A stretch of DNA of 64,000 nucleotides, taken from contig JBFIHX010000004.1 of NCBI GenBank assembly GCA_041601615.1, forward strand, positions 171,754-235,753, read 5' to 3'. The stretch is from Thermoplasmatota archaeon (GTDB lineage: Archaea > Thermoplasmatota > E2 > JACPAO01 > JAHFTW01). Of the stretch, positions 10,585 through 18,671 are shown piece after piece (positions within the stretch are counted from its first letter, which is position 1; every line of letters begins with the position of its first letter). Position numbers and translations under genes: made by a program. Under the pieces are notes generated by a model, which made no database searches, was not told where the DNA came from, and saw only the letters and a program-made list of their open reading frames with translations.

Positions 10585-11807
10585 GCCCCGCCTACGACGT
10601 GGAAGCGATTCGCGCCCAGTTTCCGGCGCTGCATCAGGACGTTCACGACCACCCGCTCGTCTACCTCGACAACGCCGCCACGAGCCAGAAGCCCCGCGCC
10701 GTGCTCGACGCCGTGGGCCACTACTACGAAGCCGACAACGCCAACGTGCACCGAGGCGTACACGAGCTGAGCCAACGCGCCACCCGCGACTACGAAGGTG
10801 CCCGCGAAACCATGCGCCGCTTCGTCGGAGCCGCCAGCACCAAGGAAATCGTCTTCGTGCGCGGCACCACCGAAGCCATCAACCTCGTGGCCCAGAGCTT
10901 CGTGCGTCCCCGTGTTGGCCCCGGCGATGAAATCCTCATCTCCCACATGGAGCACCACAGCAACATCGTGCCGTGGCAAATGCTCTGCGAAGCCACCGGC
11001 GCAGAACTGAAAGTCGCCCCCATCGACGACACCGGGGCCCTCGACGTGGACGCCTTCCACGCGCTCGTCACGCCCAAGACCAAGTTCGTGAGTATTGCCC
11101 ATGTCAGCAACGCGCTCGGCACCATCAACCCCGTGGCCGACATCGTCCGTGCCGCCCACGCCGTCGGTGCCCACGTCATGCTCGACGGCGCCCAAGCCGC
11201 CCCCCACGTCGCCATCGACGTGCAAGCCCTCGACTGCGACTTCTACGCCGTATCGGGCCACAAAATGTACGCCCCCACCGGCATCGGCGTCCTGTACGGC
11301 AAAGCCGCGCTTCTCGAAGCAATGCCCCCCTACCAAGGCGGCGGCGACATGATTGCCAGCGTCACGTTTTCAGGAACGACCTACAACGAATTGCCCTACA
11401 AATTCGAAGCAGGCACCCCCAACATCTCCGGCGCCATCGGCATCGGAGCCGCCGCCCAGTTCCTGCTCGACATAGGCCTCGACGCCATTGCCGCGCACGA
11501 ACACGAACTCCTGGAATACGCAACCCGCCGCATCCTGGAAATCCCCGGCATCCGCATCGTCGGCACCGCGCCCCACAAAGCTGGCGTTCTGAGCTTCACC
11601 GTCGAAGGCATCCACCCCCACGACATTGGCACGCTCATGGACGGCGAGGGCATTGCCGTGCGCACCGGCCACCACTGCGCCCAGCCCACCATGGACCGCT
11701 TCGGGGTCCCCGCCACGAGCCGCGCCAGCCTCGGCGTATACAACACCCAAGACGACGTGGACCGCTTCATCGACGCCCTCGTCAAAACCGTAGGGGTGTT
11801 TGCCTAA
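10581..11807 (+). CDS. sufS: Cysteine desulfurase SufS
   Basis: YLDNAATSQKP, SGHKMY (PLP Lys), RTGHHCAQP catalytic Cys. Confidence 0.97.
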   Translation: MSPAYDVEAIRAQFPALHQDVHDHPLVYLDNAATSQKPRAVLDAVGHYYEADNANVHRGVHELSQRATRDYEGARETMRRFVGAASTKEIVFVRGTTEAINLVAQSFVRPRVGPGDEILISHMEHHSNIVPWQMLCEATGAELKVAPIDDTGALDVDAFHALVTPKTKFVSIAHVSNALGTINPVADIVRAAHAVGAHVMLDGAQAAPHVAIDVQALDCDFYAVSGHKMYAPTGIGVLYGKAALLEAMPPYQGGGDMIASVTFSGTTYNELPYKFEAGTPNISGAIGIGAAAQFLLDIGLDAIAAHEHELLEYATRRILEIPGIRIVGTAPHKAGVLSFTVEGIHPHDIGTLMDGEGIAVRTGHHCAQPTMDRFGVPATSRASLGVYNTQDDVDRFIDALVKTVGVFA

Positions 11808-11915
11808 TGGACCCGAATATGCGGGGTGGCAAGGGCCCCGGAGGGGTTCCTGCCGCCTTCGCTGTTGGAGTCCACGTAGCAGCCCGGAGGGATGCGTAGT
11901 GGACCCCAACATGCG
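11801..11915 (+). repeat. Junction-duplicating hairpin insert containing a 30-aa mini-ORF (11807-11899)
   Basis: tgcctaatggacccgaatatgcg (11801-11823) vs tgcgtagtggaccccaacatgcg (11893-11915), 19/23 identical. Two hairpins with cccGGAggg loops lie between them. Confidence 0.8.
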
Positions 11916-12345
11916 CGAGCTCTACCAAGAGACCATCATGGGCCACAACAAGGCCCCGCACCACTTCCACGCCATCGAAAACCCCGACGGCGACGCGCTC
12001 GGACACAATCCGCTGTGCGGCGACAAACTCCATGTCTACCTGCGCATGGACGGCGACACCGTCACGGAAGCGAGCTTCCTCGGCGACGGCTGCGCCATCA
12101 GCAAATCCAGCGCCAGCATGATGACCGACGCCGTGGCCGGCAAAACCAGCCAAGAAGCACACGAGCTGTACGAGCACTTCCACAAACTCGTCACCCGCGA
12201 AGGCGAACCCGACATCGCCAAACTCGGCAAACTACGAGTCTTTGCAGGTGTTGGCGAATTCCCCGCCCGCGTCAAATGCGCCGCCCTCCCCTGGCGCACC
12301 CTCGTAGCCGCCCTCGAAGGCCGCGAAGAGGCGAGCACCGAATGA
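11899..12345 (+). CDS. sufU: SufU/NifU-family Fe-S assembly protein
   Basis: LYQETIM, NPLCGD, GCAISKSSAS, RVKCA motifs; GTG start at 11899. Confidence 0.93.
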   Translation: MDPNMRELYQETIMGHNKAPHHFHAIENPDGDALGHNPLCGDKLHVYLRMDGDTVTEASFLGDGCAISKSSASMMTDAVAGKTSQEAHELYEHFHKLVTREGEPDIAKLGKLRVFAGVGEFPARVKCAALPWRTLVAALEGREEASTE

Positions 12346-12899
12346 CCCCCGAACAAGTCCTCCTCACCCGCCCCGTGCGCGCCGTCGTCATCCCCGACGG
12401 CATCGAAGAAACCTTGGAGCCCGGCATGCCCGTGCTCATCACGCAAATGCTCGGCGGCAGCTTCACCATCCAAACCGCCGAGGGCCGAAAATACCGCATC
12501 GAAGGCCGCGACGCCGACGCCATCGGCAAACCCGTGCCCGAAGAAGCAAGGGCGCACGAGCACACCGAGCCCATGGTCGCCGCCGACGCCGAAAAACTCG
12601 GCTGGGACCTCATGAAAAAGGTCCACGATCCAGAGATTCCCGTCAACATCGTCGACCTCGGCCTCGTCTACACCCTCAAAATGCACACACGCGGCGACGG
12701 CAAGTTGCTCGCAGAATGCAGAATGACCCTCACCGCCCCCGGCTGCGGCATGGGAGACGTGTTGGTACGCGACGTTGAACGGCAATTGGCTTCCATTCCC
12801 GGGGTTGGGGCCGTGGACGCGAAGGTTGTGTTTGATCCGGTTTGGAATCCGTATACGATGATGAGTACGGCGGCGAAGTTGAAGTTGGGGTTGTTGTAG
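12342..12899 (+). CDS. sufT: Putative Fe-S assembly protein SufT (DUF59)
   Basis: DPEIPVNIVDLGLVY, MTLTAPGCGMG and FDPVW motifs, with the N-terminal domain containing ITQMLGGSFT. Confidence 0.92.
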   Translation: MTPEQVLLTRPVRAVVIPDGIEETLEPGMPVLITQMLGGSFTIQTAEGRKYRIEGRDADAIGKPVPEEARAHEHTEPMVAADAEKLGWDLMKKVHDPEIPVNIVDLGLVYTLKMHTRGDGKLLAECRMTLTAPGCGMGDVLVRDVERQLASIPGVGAVDAKVVFDPVWNPYTMMSTAAKLKLGLL

Positions 12900-13003
12900 G
12901 CTGCAGCGCGGAAATTGGCGAGTCGTGCCCGTGCTTGCATTGGTGGATGCTCGGCAATCCAGCAAAGAGTGTAGGTGGGCAGACACCCCTGCAATCGAAA
13001 CAC

Positions 13004-13258
13004 CTAGCGATCGTGAATATTTCGCCTGTGTCCAGCCCGTACAAAGTCCAACAACCGTTGCGGGACATGCGCCCGCACATACACCCGGTACTCACCCACT
13101 CGAAGCGAAAATAGATCGCTTCCCTTGAGTCGCTTCATCGTCCGCAACGGGTCTTCTTGAATCGCTTCCAATTTCTCAATGATGCGCCGTGCAACTTTCT
13201 GGTCAAGGTGCTTCAAATCAGCCAAAAATGTCGGCTGATATGTATACGTCCACTTCAT
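13004..13258 (-). CDS. relE: RelE/ParE family toxin
   Basis: LKHLDQKVARRIIEKL...LFSLRVGEYRV; ATGA overlap with the upstream antitoxin. Confidence 0.88.
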   Translation of the reverse strand: MKWTYTYQPTFLADLKHLDQKVARRIIEKLEAIQEDPLRTMKRLKGSDLFSLRVGEYRVYVRAHVPQRLLDFVRAGHRRNIHDR

Positions 13259-13488
13259 GGGAGGCCGAATTCTTTTCGCAAGTCTTCGTGCGAGATGCGT
13301 GGGCCATCATAGAGAAGTCCATCCAACAAACTTCGGCGGAAATCCGGTGTAAATTTGCCTTCGTCGTCGCCTTCAGGGACCAATCGAAGCAGCTTCTCCA
13401 AGAGTTCATCATAGGTTTGCCGACCCTTCAGCCCCTGGAGCGCGTCCCGGGTTTGCGAATTGACCTTGATGGTGGTAGTATCGGGCAC
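13255..13488 (-). CDS. Antitoxin (ribbon-helix-helix-like)
   Basis: TTIKVNSQTRDALQGLK...TYDELL pattern and C-terminal ISHEDLRKEFGL; directly upstream of RelE. GTATCCTAT direct repeats at 13491 and 13502 lie upstream. Confidence 0.85.
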   Translation of the reverse strand: MPDTTTIKVNSQTRDALQGLKGRQTYDELLEKLLRLVPEGDDEGKFTPDFRRSLLDGLLYDGPRISHEDLRKEFGLP

Positions 13489-13564
13489 AAGTATCCTATG
13501 GGTATCCTATTGGTATAAGGCTTGTTGGAGGCCAAGGAATGGCAAGGGTAGCCAGATGGGAGTG

Positions 13565-13628
13565 GGGCAATGATTGAGCGAAGTTGCCTCGAACGGAGTG
13601 CGGGGCGGGCTTGCGCGATTAGCTCTGC
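13565..13628 (-). mobile_element. Decayed integron attC site
   Basis: Gap-free alignment to the attC at 15482-15545 gives 38/60 identities; R boxes are mutated; lies just downstream of a minus-strand gene pair. Confidence 0.6.
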
Positions 13629-13656
13629 GGCACCCACCCAGGCCTGGGCAAGGAGA

Positions 13657-14124
13657 CTACGGATGCTCGTGCCGGCGGGAAATCAGCATGGTATCCTGAT
13701 CCAGGATTTGGACGCGCAAAGAATCCTGATTGTGCAGATCCATCGCTCGAACCACGTCCTTGGGCCAGTAGGTCCCCAGGTTTCTGCCGGACACGCTCGT
13801 GACCTTCGCGAGGTAATCGCTAAGCACACGCTCTGGCCCGGCTTCTTCCAGGGCAATTTCTTCGTAGGACTCCAAAAATTCAACGCCGCAATCCGCGCAG
13901 CGGGCCCCGTGGAGGTTGTGGTGGACCAATGCCATGGCACCGACTACGGTTTCCCGAAGCAAGTCCTCTCGACTTTCTAGCGTCTCGTGGGAACAGACGG
14001 GGCACGCCCCGGTAGTTCCAGGCGGGAAAGCGCGCTTGCGCTCGTGCATCAGGCGGTTGCGCAAATCAGCCACGGCAGTGGCCCATCGCGTTGGCGTGGG
14101 GTAGGTTTCAGCGTCAGGCGTCAT
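13657..14124 (-). CDS. YgiT/MqsA-type zinc-finger protein with AbrB-like C-terminal domain (putative antitoxin)
   Basis: CPVC...CADCG zinc ribbon; C-terminal AKVTSVSGRNLGTYWPKDVVRAMDL resembles the AbrB swapped hairpin. Confidence 0.75.
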   Translation of the reverse strand: MTPDAETYPTPTRWATAVADLRNRLMHERKRAFPPGTTGACPVCSHETLESREDLLRETVVGAMALVHHNLHGARCADCGVEFLESYEEIALEEAGPERVLSDYLAKVTSVSGRNLGTYWPKDVVRAMDLHNQDSLRVQILDQDTMLISRRHEHP

Positions 14125-14386
14125 AGGCAGGCACCACGAGAAGGAGCGCACCGGCATCGTCTCGGTGGTCGTTGAAATCGATGCGTAGGCGTCGGCTCCC
14201 GGGTAGGTTCGAGAGTGCGTGCCAACCCTTGGGGTGGTGGGGCCGGTCATCGCGTTCGACATGGTAACAGGTTTCCAGCGCCGTGAGAATCTGCATGAAG
14301 CTGATGCCGCGCTTGCCCGCATGGTAGTGGGGCGCCTTGACCACCTGGCCCGCTGCAACGCACTCGTGGACTTCACGTACATCCAT
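14114..14386 (-). CDS. DUF4258-like putative toxin
   Basis: H...KRGISF, LRIDF and C-terminal VVPAY pattern; immediately upstream of the zinc-finger gene. Confidence 0.65.
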   Translation of the reverse strand: MDVREVHECVAAGQVVKAPHYHAGKRGISFMQILTALETCYHVERDDRPHHPKGWHALSNLPGSRRLRIDFNDHRDDAGALLLVVPAYDA

Positions 14387-14411
14387 CGGTCGAACCAAGC
14401 CTTGGAACTAG

Positions 14412-14430
14412 TTACGTGTAATGCACGTAA
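14412..14430. promoter_or_regulatory. Palindromic operator upstream of the DUF4258/zinc-finger pair
   Basis: TTACGTG-taatg-CACGTAA inverted repeat about 25 nt upstream of the ATG. Confidence 0.55.
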
Positions 14431-14479
14431 ATTGATTTGGGTTTGGGGTTCGACGGCCCAGCCATCTGAGAGGGTGGCA

Positions 14480-14560
14480 CGCTAACGACGGCTGAGCTAA
14501 GCCGTGAGTGAAGCGAGTGGGCGAGCGCAGCGAGCGGTCGGGTCGAGTGACTTGTTAGGC
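14480..14560 (-). mobile_element. Integron attC site (altered L'-R' spacer)
   Basis: Minus strand: GCCTAAC AAGTC ACTCGACC ...GCTTAGC TCAGCCGTC GTTAGCG. Confidence 0.8.
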
Positions 14561-14647
14561 GTTCAATAGAACACGCGTCGGCCCTTGAACCGACGCACAC
14601 TGTGCGGGGTGGCATTTCGCCTTTGCAAACGGCGTCGCTTCGCCGCG

Positions 14648-15415
14648 TCAGCCATACAGCGGATAGAGGAATTCGCCGACCGCGGCAAGGCCGTCCTTGA
14701 TCGGCTCACCCAACCGAGTGCGCCCAAAAATCTCCCCCAGCGCCTTCGCCCCCAGGGCGACCGGTAAGCCCCATTTGTAGCTGGTATGGATTCGGCCACG
14801 CTGAGTTCTGTCGGCCACCATCCCGGCTACGATGAACAGTAGCACCCACCAACTGCCGATAGCACTGGTCACGTCGTTGCGGCCAAAAATGAACGCCGCG
14901 ATGCGCGCACCCGCTGCGCCAAGGACTACCGTGCTGGCCATGAACATGAGTCGCTTGTGTTCCATGATGTCGTTTCGCCGCGTGATTGCGAGCACGAAGA
15001 ACAAAGTAAACGGAACCAAGCTTGCGAGAATCCCGACGCCGCGCAAATCCCAGAACGGCGAGCCCCCCGGTTGGCGCGCGAGCCAAATCTGCACCGTCGC
15101 AACGACGATGCCCGTAAACACCATGCCAATCGCTAGGCCAGTCATGGCCGTGCCCAGGATTCGATGGATGCGGACTCGGCCCGTGCGCACCAGCCCGGAT
15201 TGCAAAGGTGCCAATAGGTACCAGAGAAAAAACGTCCAGCCGTGCAAGTGGACTGTCGCGGAGACGTTCGAGTAGGAGCCTTGGGTTAGGGGGCCGAAGT
15301 ACGTGATGCTGAAGCCCCCGAACGCGGTGACGCTGGTCGCCAGAATCGCCCAGAAGAAGAAGGGGTCCCGTTTCTTCCACGCCAACGCCATAGCACATGC
15401 ACTACGGGCGGCCAT
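14648..15415 (-). CDS. Multi-pass membrane protein (cassette gene)
   Basis: About 6-7 hydrophobic segments with HLHG, HRILG and HKRLM motifs; lies between two attC sites. Confidence 0.8.
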   Translation of the reverse strand: MAARSACAMALAWKKRDPFFFWAILATSVTAFGGFSITYFGPLTQGSYSNVSATVHLHGWTFFLWYLLAPLQSGLVRTGRVRIHRILGTAMTGLAIGMVFTGIVVATVQIWLARQPGGSPFWDLRGVGILASLVPFTLFFVLAITRRNDIMEHKRLMFMASTVVLGAAGARIAAFIFGRNDVTSAIGSWWVLLFIVAGMVADRTQRGRIHTSYKWGLPVALGAKALGEIFGRTRLGEPIKDGLAAVGEFLYPLYG

Positions 15416-15481
15416 TAGGTGTTTGTTTTGGAGATGCTACATGTATATGTCGCACGTTCATGGATTGCGGCTGAGTTGAAC

Positions 15482-15545
15482 GCCTAACGACTGAACTCAG
15501 CCGCTCCGAGCGAAGTGAGGAGTCGGCTGGAGCGATTTGTTAGAT
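15482..15545 (-). mobile_element. Canonical integron attC site (64 bp)
   Basis: Minus strand: R'' ATCTAAC, 5-nt spacer AAATC, L'' GCTCCAGC, CGAC...CACTTCGC...CG, L' GCTGAGT, 6-nt spacer TCAGTC, R' GTTAGGC. The extrahelical bases are in the canonical positions. Confidence 0.92.
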
Positions 15546-15561
15546 GGATTTGGAATTTGGG

Positions 15562-15939
15562 CTACCTGCGAGCGAGTAGTGCGAGGCCCACGATTAGAAT
15601 CGCCCCTATGGCGACAGTTTGCTTTGCATCGACCAGTAGGTGCATTACAAGCTCGCTGTGAGCGTCGTAGTGATCCCAGTGAACCTTGTAGTGGTCATCG
15701 AAGACTAGAACGTGCAATTGGCGGCCATCAGCCATTTTGAGTCGCCAGTGTTCTTTTGCAAGGAGGTTCTGGCCGACACTTGGGTAGAATCCGGGCAGGT
15801 GTTGCGGGTGGGTTGCAACATGCAGGCCGTATTGTTGGTTGGTGTGCGCTGGAGTCGCCAACACCGCGTTTGCTATTCCCTGCCACTGGGCGGGGACGCT
15901 TCGAATGGCCTGCACGGTTGAGTAGTTGTTGCTTCTCAT
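15562..15939 (-). CDS. Hypothetical protein with His/Asp-rich core and C-terminal TM anchor (cassette gene)
   Basis: ATG at 15939; LHVLVFDDHYKVHWDHYD...HLLVDA followed by a hydrophobic tail; stop 16 nt before attC. Confidence 0.7.
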   Translation of the reverse strand: MRSNNYSTVQAIRSVPAQWQGIANAVLATPAHTNQQYGLHVATHPQHLPGFYPSVGQNLLAKEHWRLKMADGRQLHVLVFDDHYKVHWDHYDAHSELVMHLLVDAKQTVAIGAILIVGLALLARR

Positions 15940-16053
15940 GCGTGATAGCACCGAGTTAAGCGTATAATACGCTTTTGTGTTGACTAATACGCAGCAAGGG
16001 CCTTGTAGGGGAAGCGACCAATCCCCCTTGTGGAGCCCAATTTGCCTTCTTGG

Positions 16054-16284
16054 ATGGATCGTCAACGTGCCGCCCAAGTTGCAAGACTACGGGCGCTCGG
16101 TTATTCGCAGACGGACATTGCCGGACAACTGGGCATTTCTCAGCAGACCGTGAGTAGATACCAGAAGGGCATCAATCAAGCGGCGGCAGAATCTGACGAT
16201 GTTCAGGAGTTCCTTATGGCGCTTCTAATCGTGGGACTTGGTGTTGGGGCCACTATCGCCCTTGCAAAGTTGTTCAAGCTATAG
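16054..16284 (+). CDS. HTH protein with C-terminal hydrophobic helix (cassette gene)
   Basis: GYSQTDIAGQLGISQQTVSRY HTH, then FLMALLIVGLGVGATIAL. Confidence 0.78.
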   Translation: MDRQRAAQVARLRALGYSQTDIAGQLGISQQTVSRYQKGINQAAAESDDVQEFLMALLIVGLGVGATIALAKLFKL

Positions 16285-16343
16285 GAGAATCCCCGTGGCA
16301 TTGTCGCCATCCATCTAACTACCCAATATCCCGCCACCCCCCC

Positions 16344-16886
16344 TCACCTAACCCCTTCAACCTCGTAATGCCCCGCCGTCTCCAAAACTACAGTAACAGC
16401 CTCACCCCCATTGTTCTTCCAGTACCAACCATGACTGCCAGTAAAAGGAGCTCGGAAGTTCCCGTCACCGCCGTCCCGGGTGTCTTCTTCGTAGCTCTCA
16501 AAGTACCCCGTCGTATCCCCTTCCGGCTCGCCGTGGAAGTCAAAGTAGAGCAAGCCGGTGGCGTTCCAAGAGTACACAAACCCACTACCAGCGCCCACTT
16601 GGAATTTGTATTCCAGGCCCGACTTGGCTGGTATCACGATTTCTACGGTGTCGTTGCGGTAGGCGGTTTCTTCGACGCTGTTCAAATTCGGCTCGGTGAT
16701 GGCAGGGGCCGCGATGTCTTTGATGCCGATGGCGGCGCCGAAGCCCGTTGGATCGATGCCGTATTCTGCGGGGAGGATGGCGAGGACGAGCACGGCGAGG
16801 GCGACGGCGGCGGCGATTCCTGTGGCTTCCAGGAGGGTTCGCTTGGAGGGGGCGCGAAATTCGTCGGGGGTGTTGGGTTCGGTCAT
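16344..16886 (-). CDS. Membrane-anchored protein associated with HupE/UreJ genes
   Basis: LPAEYGIDPTGFG, FDFHGEP, FTGSHGWYWKN motifs; downstream of the HupE/UreJ-like gene. Confidence 0.8.
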   Translation of the reverse strand: MTEPNTPDEFRAPSKRTLLEATGIAAAVALAVLVLAILPAEYGIDPTGFGAAIGIKDIAAPAITEPNLNSVEETAYRNDTVEIVIPAKSGLEYKFQVGAGSGFVYSWNATGLLYFDFHGEPEGDTTGYFESYEEDTRDGGDGNFRAPFTGSHGWYWKNNGGEAVTVVLETAGHYEVEGVR

Positions 16887-16891
16887 GGGGA

Positions 16892-17569
16892 TCAAGCCGT
16901 GGTGAAGTAGCCGGTGAGTTGGAGGCCGATGAGTATGAAGCCGGCGGACATGAGGCCCATGTTGGTAAGCAGGGCGTGTTTGAGGTACGAGGGGTGGCGG
17001 CGCCAGAGGTCCATTGCGATGATGATGCCGCCGAGGGCGAGGATTTGGCCGATTTCTACGCCAATGTTGAAGGAGATGATGTTGCCCACGAGGCCTTCTC
17101 GGCTGAGGCCGAATTCTTGCACCTTGGTTGCGAGCCCAAAGCCGTGAAACAAGCCGAAGACCAGCACCGCCGCTTTCGTGTTGGGCTGACGGCCGAAGAA
17201 GCGCTTGAAGCCGCCGAGGTTGTCAAAGCCCTTGTATACGACGCTGGCGCCGATGATGGCGTCGATGAGGTAGGAATTTGCGGGGATGTCGGCGAGAACT
17301 CCGAGGAGGAGCGTTGCGCTGTGGCCCAGGGTGAACATGGAGACGTAGACCGCCACGTCCTTCATTTTGTACAGGAAAAACACGACGCCCACCAAGAACA
17401 GGAGGTGGTCGTAGCCCGTGACCATGTGCTTGGCGCCCAAGTACAGGAACGGGCCCATGGCGAGGCCCTCGTTATCTGCGAGGAAGCCGGCGTCGTCCTC
17501 GTCCACGCCATGCGCAAGGGCGACGGGCACCAACAGCAGTACCGCGACGGCCAAGAGCATCCGCTTCAT
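16892..17569 (-). CDS. HupE/UreJ family metal-uptake membrane protein
   Basis: Signal peptide ending ALAHG, GYDHLLF, FTLGHS, FGLFHGFG, FNIGVEIGQ. Confidence 0.88.
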   Translation of the reverse strand: MKRMLLAVAVLLLVPVALAHGVDEDDAGFLADNEGLAMGPFLYLGAKHMVTGYDHLLFLVGVVFFLYKMKDVAVYVSMFTLGHSATLLLGVLADIPANSYLIDAIIGASVVYKGFDNLGGFKRFFGRQPNTKAAVLVFGLFHGFGLATKVQEFGLSREGLVGNIISFNIGVEIGQILALGGIIIAMDLWRRHPSYLKHALLTNMGLMSAGFILIGLQLTGYFTTA

Positions 17570-17641
17570 TGAGTGGTCACTGCAAAGCGGAAGTCAAAGG
17601 GGTTCCGAAGAGACAATCGGCGTGGTTTTGGCTCGTGGGTG

Positions 17642-18526
17642 TCAGTGAATGTAGGTTCCGTTTACCCATTCGTTTGGCGCCGGCCCAAGCACCACGGCCC
17701 TACCAAACCCTTGCCAAGCAGCCGCGAGGACGTTCCCGGCGCCCCCGGGCAGGGTGCCGTGCATGTCGGTTTCGGTGTGCGAGAACACGGCGAGCGTCTC
17801 GGGGCTGAGGTAGCTGTCTTTCGCGCCCGTGTCCATGAAGTCGAGGGCGACGGGGCGGAACCGTCCTTCCGTTTCGTGGTGGTGGGTGCCGTGTTCGGGA
17901 ATGAGCATCCAGAGGCGCACGGTTTCGTTGCCGCGAGCACCGGTGGGGGCCACGATGCCGTCGGTCTGGTAGCGGCCGTGGTCTGGGTCTCGGTGCATGG
18001 CGTGGGCTACTGGGGCGGCCAACGTTACCTGCATTTCCAAGAGATCCGTCACGGGAACATGCGCTTCCACGGCTTCTCGCAAGGGCCCAGGCGGCAGGCT
18101 CAGGCTTGTTGCAAAGAATTGGCGCGTGATTGCCCCGTCGTCCCACGGTGGCGGTAGGATGCGCACGCCCACGAAGCCGAGGTCTTGGCCGTTGCAGCGC
18201 AATGCAACGTGCCAATTGCCCGACGCTGGCCCGGAATCCAGCGGCGGGACTCCGTTCGTGGCGCCATACACGCGGGCGTTGCCAATATCAGCGCGGATGT
18301 CGGCCAACTCGAAGGGAGCTTGCGGCCCGAACTCGGCAAAGTACGCCATCGGATACCAGGCGATGCCGGCGACTTGGACGCAGTTTGTGAGTGCCGCGAC
18401 GGGTGCCAGCGGCGATTGTGCGGGTATTGCGGATTCGGGTTCTATTTCCTGGGAAACGTAGGCGGGCGCGGGCGACGAAAGGCAACCTGCGAGGGCCAAA
18501 GCCAGGACCAAGAGCACGGCGCGCAT
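17642..18526 (-). CDS. Putative lipoprotein
   Basis: MRAVLLVLALALAGC lipobox; Cys pattern similar to the lipoproteins at 27906 and 38758. Confidence 0.75.
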   Translation of the reverse strand: MRAVLLVLALALAGCLSSPAPAYVSQEIEPESAIPAQSPLAPVAALTNCVQVAGIAWYPMAYFAEFGPQAPFELADIRADIGNARVYGATNGVPPLDSGPASGNWHVALRCNGQDLGFVGVRILPPPWDDGAITRQFFATSLSLPPGPLREAVEAHVPVTDLLEMQVTLAAPVAHAMHRDPDHGRYQTDGIVAPTGARGNETVRLWMLIPEHGTHHHETEGRFRPVALDFMDTGAKDSYLSPETLAVFSHTETDMHGTLPGGAGNVLAAAWQGFGRAVVLGPAPNEWVNGTYIH

Positions 18527-18671
18527 CGGGCAAAATACGGGCCGTGGCACAAACCACTTTCGGGGGCCGGCACCACGCACGCTCCCAGCACGACGAGTGC
18601 ATCGATTGCTTCCTAGTCAATCCAGAACCGCCTGCCAACTCTTGAGTACGCCCCGCCTTTGTTCATGCTCT

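Noticed and set aside
12900-13003. A fourth attC downstream of relE
   Set aside because: No recognisable R boxes or alignment to the other sites.
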